The notes beneath the pieces are model-generated. The model was not told the origin of the DNA. It ran no database searches and saw only the letters and a program-made list of their open reading frames with translations. From Haliotis cracherodii (lineage: Eukaryota), in contig NW_027266273.1 in NCBI RefSeq assembly GCF_022045235.1, positions 29,140,001 to 29,204,000 of the forward strand: DNA of 64,000 nucleotides, read 5' to 3'. The position numbers and the translations under genes were made by a program. Shown in pieces: positions 63,432-64,000 of the stretch (within the stretch, counting starts at the first letter, position 1; each line of letters starts with the position of its first letter).

Positions 63432-64000
63432 GTTATCTATCCATTGACTGCCACAAGAATCTATGATAAGGTCGATCACCTGGTGATATACTGATCTGAA
63501 GAAACATTTCAACTATGTCACAGATAAATGCCACTGGATGTCTTCTGAAGCGGAGCAAGACATCAAACAACTCACTTTGCAACTTTGGTCCTGCATGTAT
63601 TGCATCATTTAAAGATAGGCCATCGTGTTTAGCTGATGCATCAAACACAATACGAACCTTTGTGGTACTCCTATCAGGACGCAAAATGGGAAAGTGAGGA
63701 AGATACCATCTTGTTTCACTAAATGACTCATCTTGTGGAACTTTGTGAATGTATCCTTATGACAAGTACTCAGAGTTAATATCATCATAAGCCTTGGCTA
63801 TTTCTGGATGTTTAGTCAACTTTTTCTCAGTACTGTTAAGACATTTAACAGTTTTATGATAGTTGTCAGTCAGTGAATGAACATTTTCATTCCAAGGAAT
63901 ACCTATTTCATATCGGTCATCCTTATGAGTGAGTGTTTCATGAGCATACTTTAAAACCATTTCATCATCAGTCTTAATTTGTGATGTTGGGTTTCCTTGA
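63432..64000 (-). mobile_element. BEL/Pao RT fragment
   Basis: RYEIGIPW; [27 protein letters not shown]...CDIVEMFLQI...HRFLW. Confidence 0.93.

Overview
Eukaryotic, AT-rich, transposon-saturated DNA, probably mollusc and abalone-like (inferred from a (TCAC)n-tailed tRNA-SINE and the TE mix). No intact host gene was found. The window is a nested pile of mostly decayed BEL/Pao, Gypsy, Copia, DIRS, LINE, Tc1, pogo-type MITE and EnSpm elements. Two structurally complete elements stand out. (1) A full-length Gypsy LTR retrotransposon (29628-39418; TSD CAAG, PBS, PPT, unequal LTRs) whose pol begins with a MYND-type zinc finger. (2) A 14.3-kb CCC...GGG EnSpm/CACTA (CMC) DNA transposon (44602-58924; 2-bp TSD TG, inserted in-frame into an older Gypsy pol). 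It carries two divergent spliced genes: a 5-exon transposase (+), and a >=7-exon accessory gene (-) encoding Tudor-like, SP-rich repeat, coiled-coil and BEN-like regions. A young RT+RNase H LINE sits between the two genes. Coordinates of decayed fragments are approximate and family calls rest on motif recognition, not on database searches.
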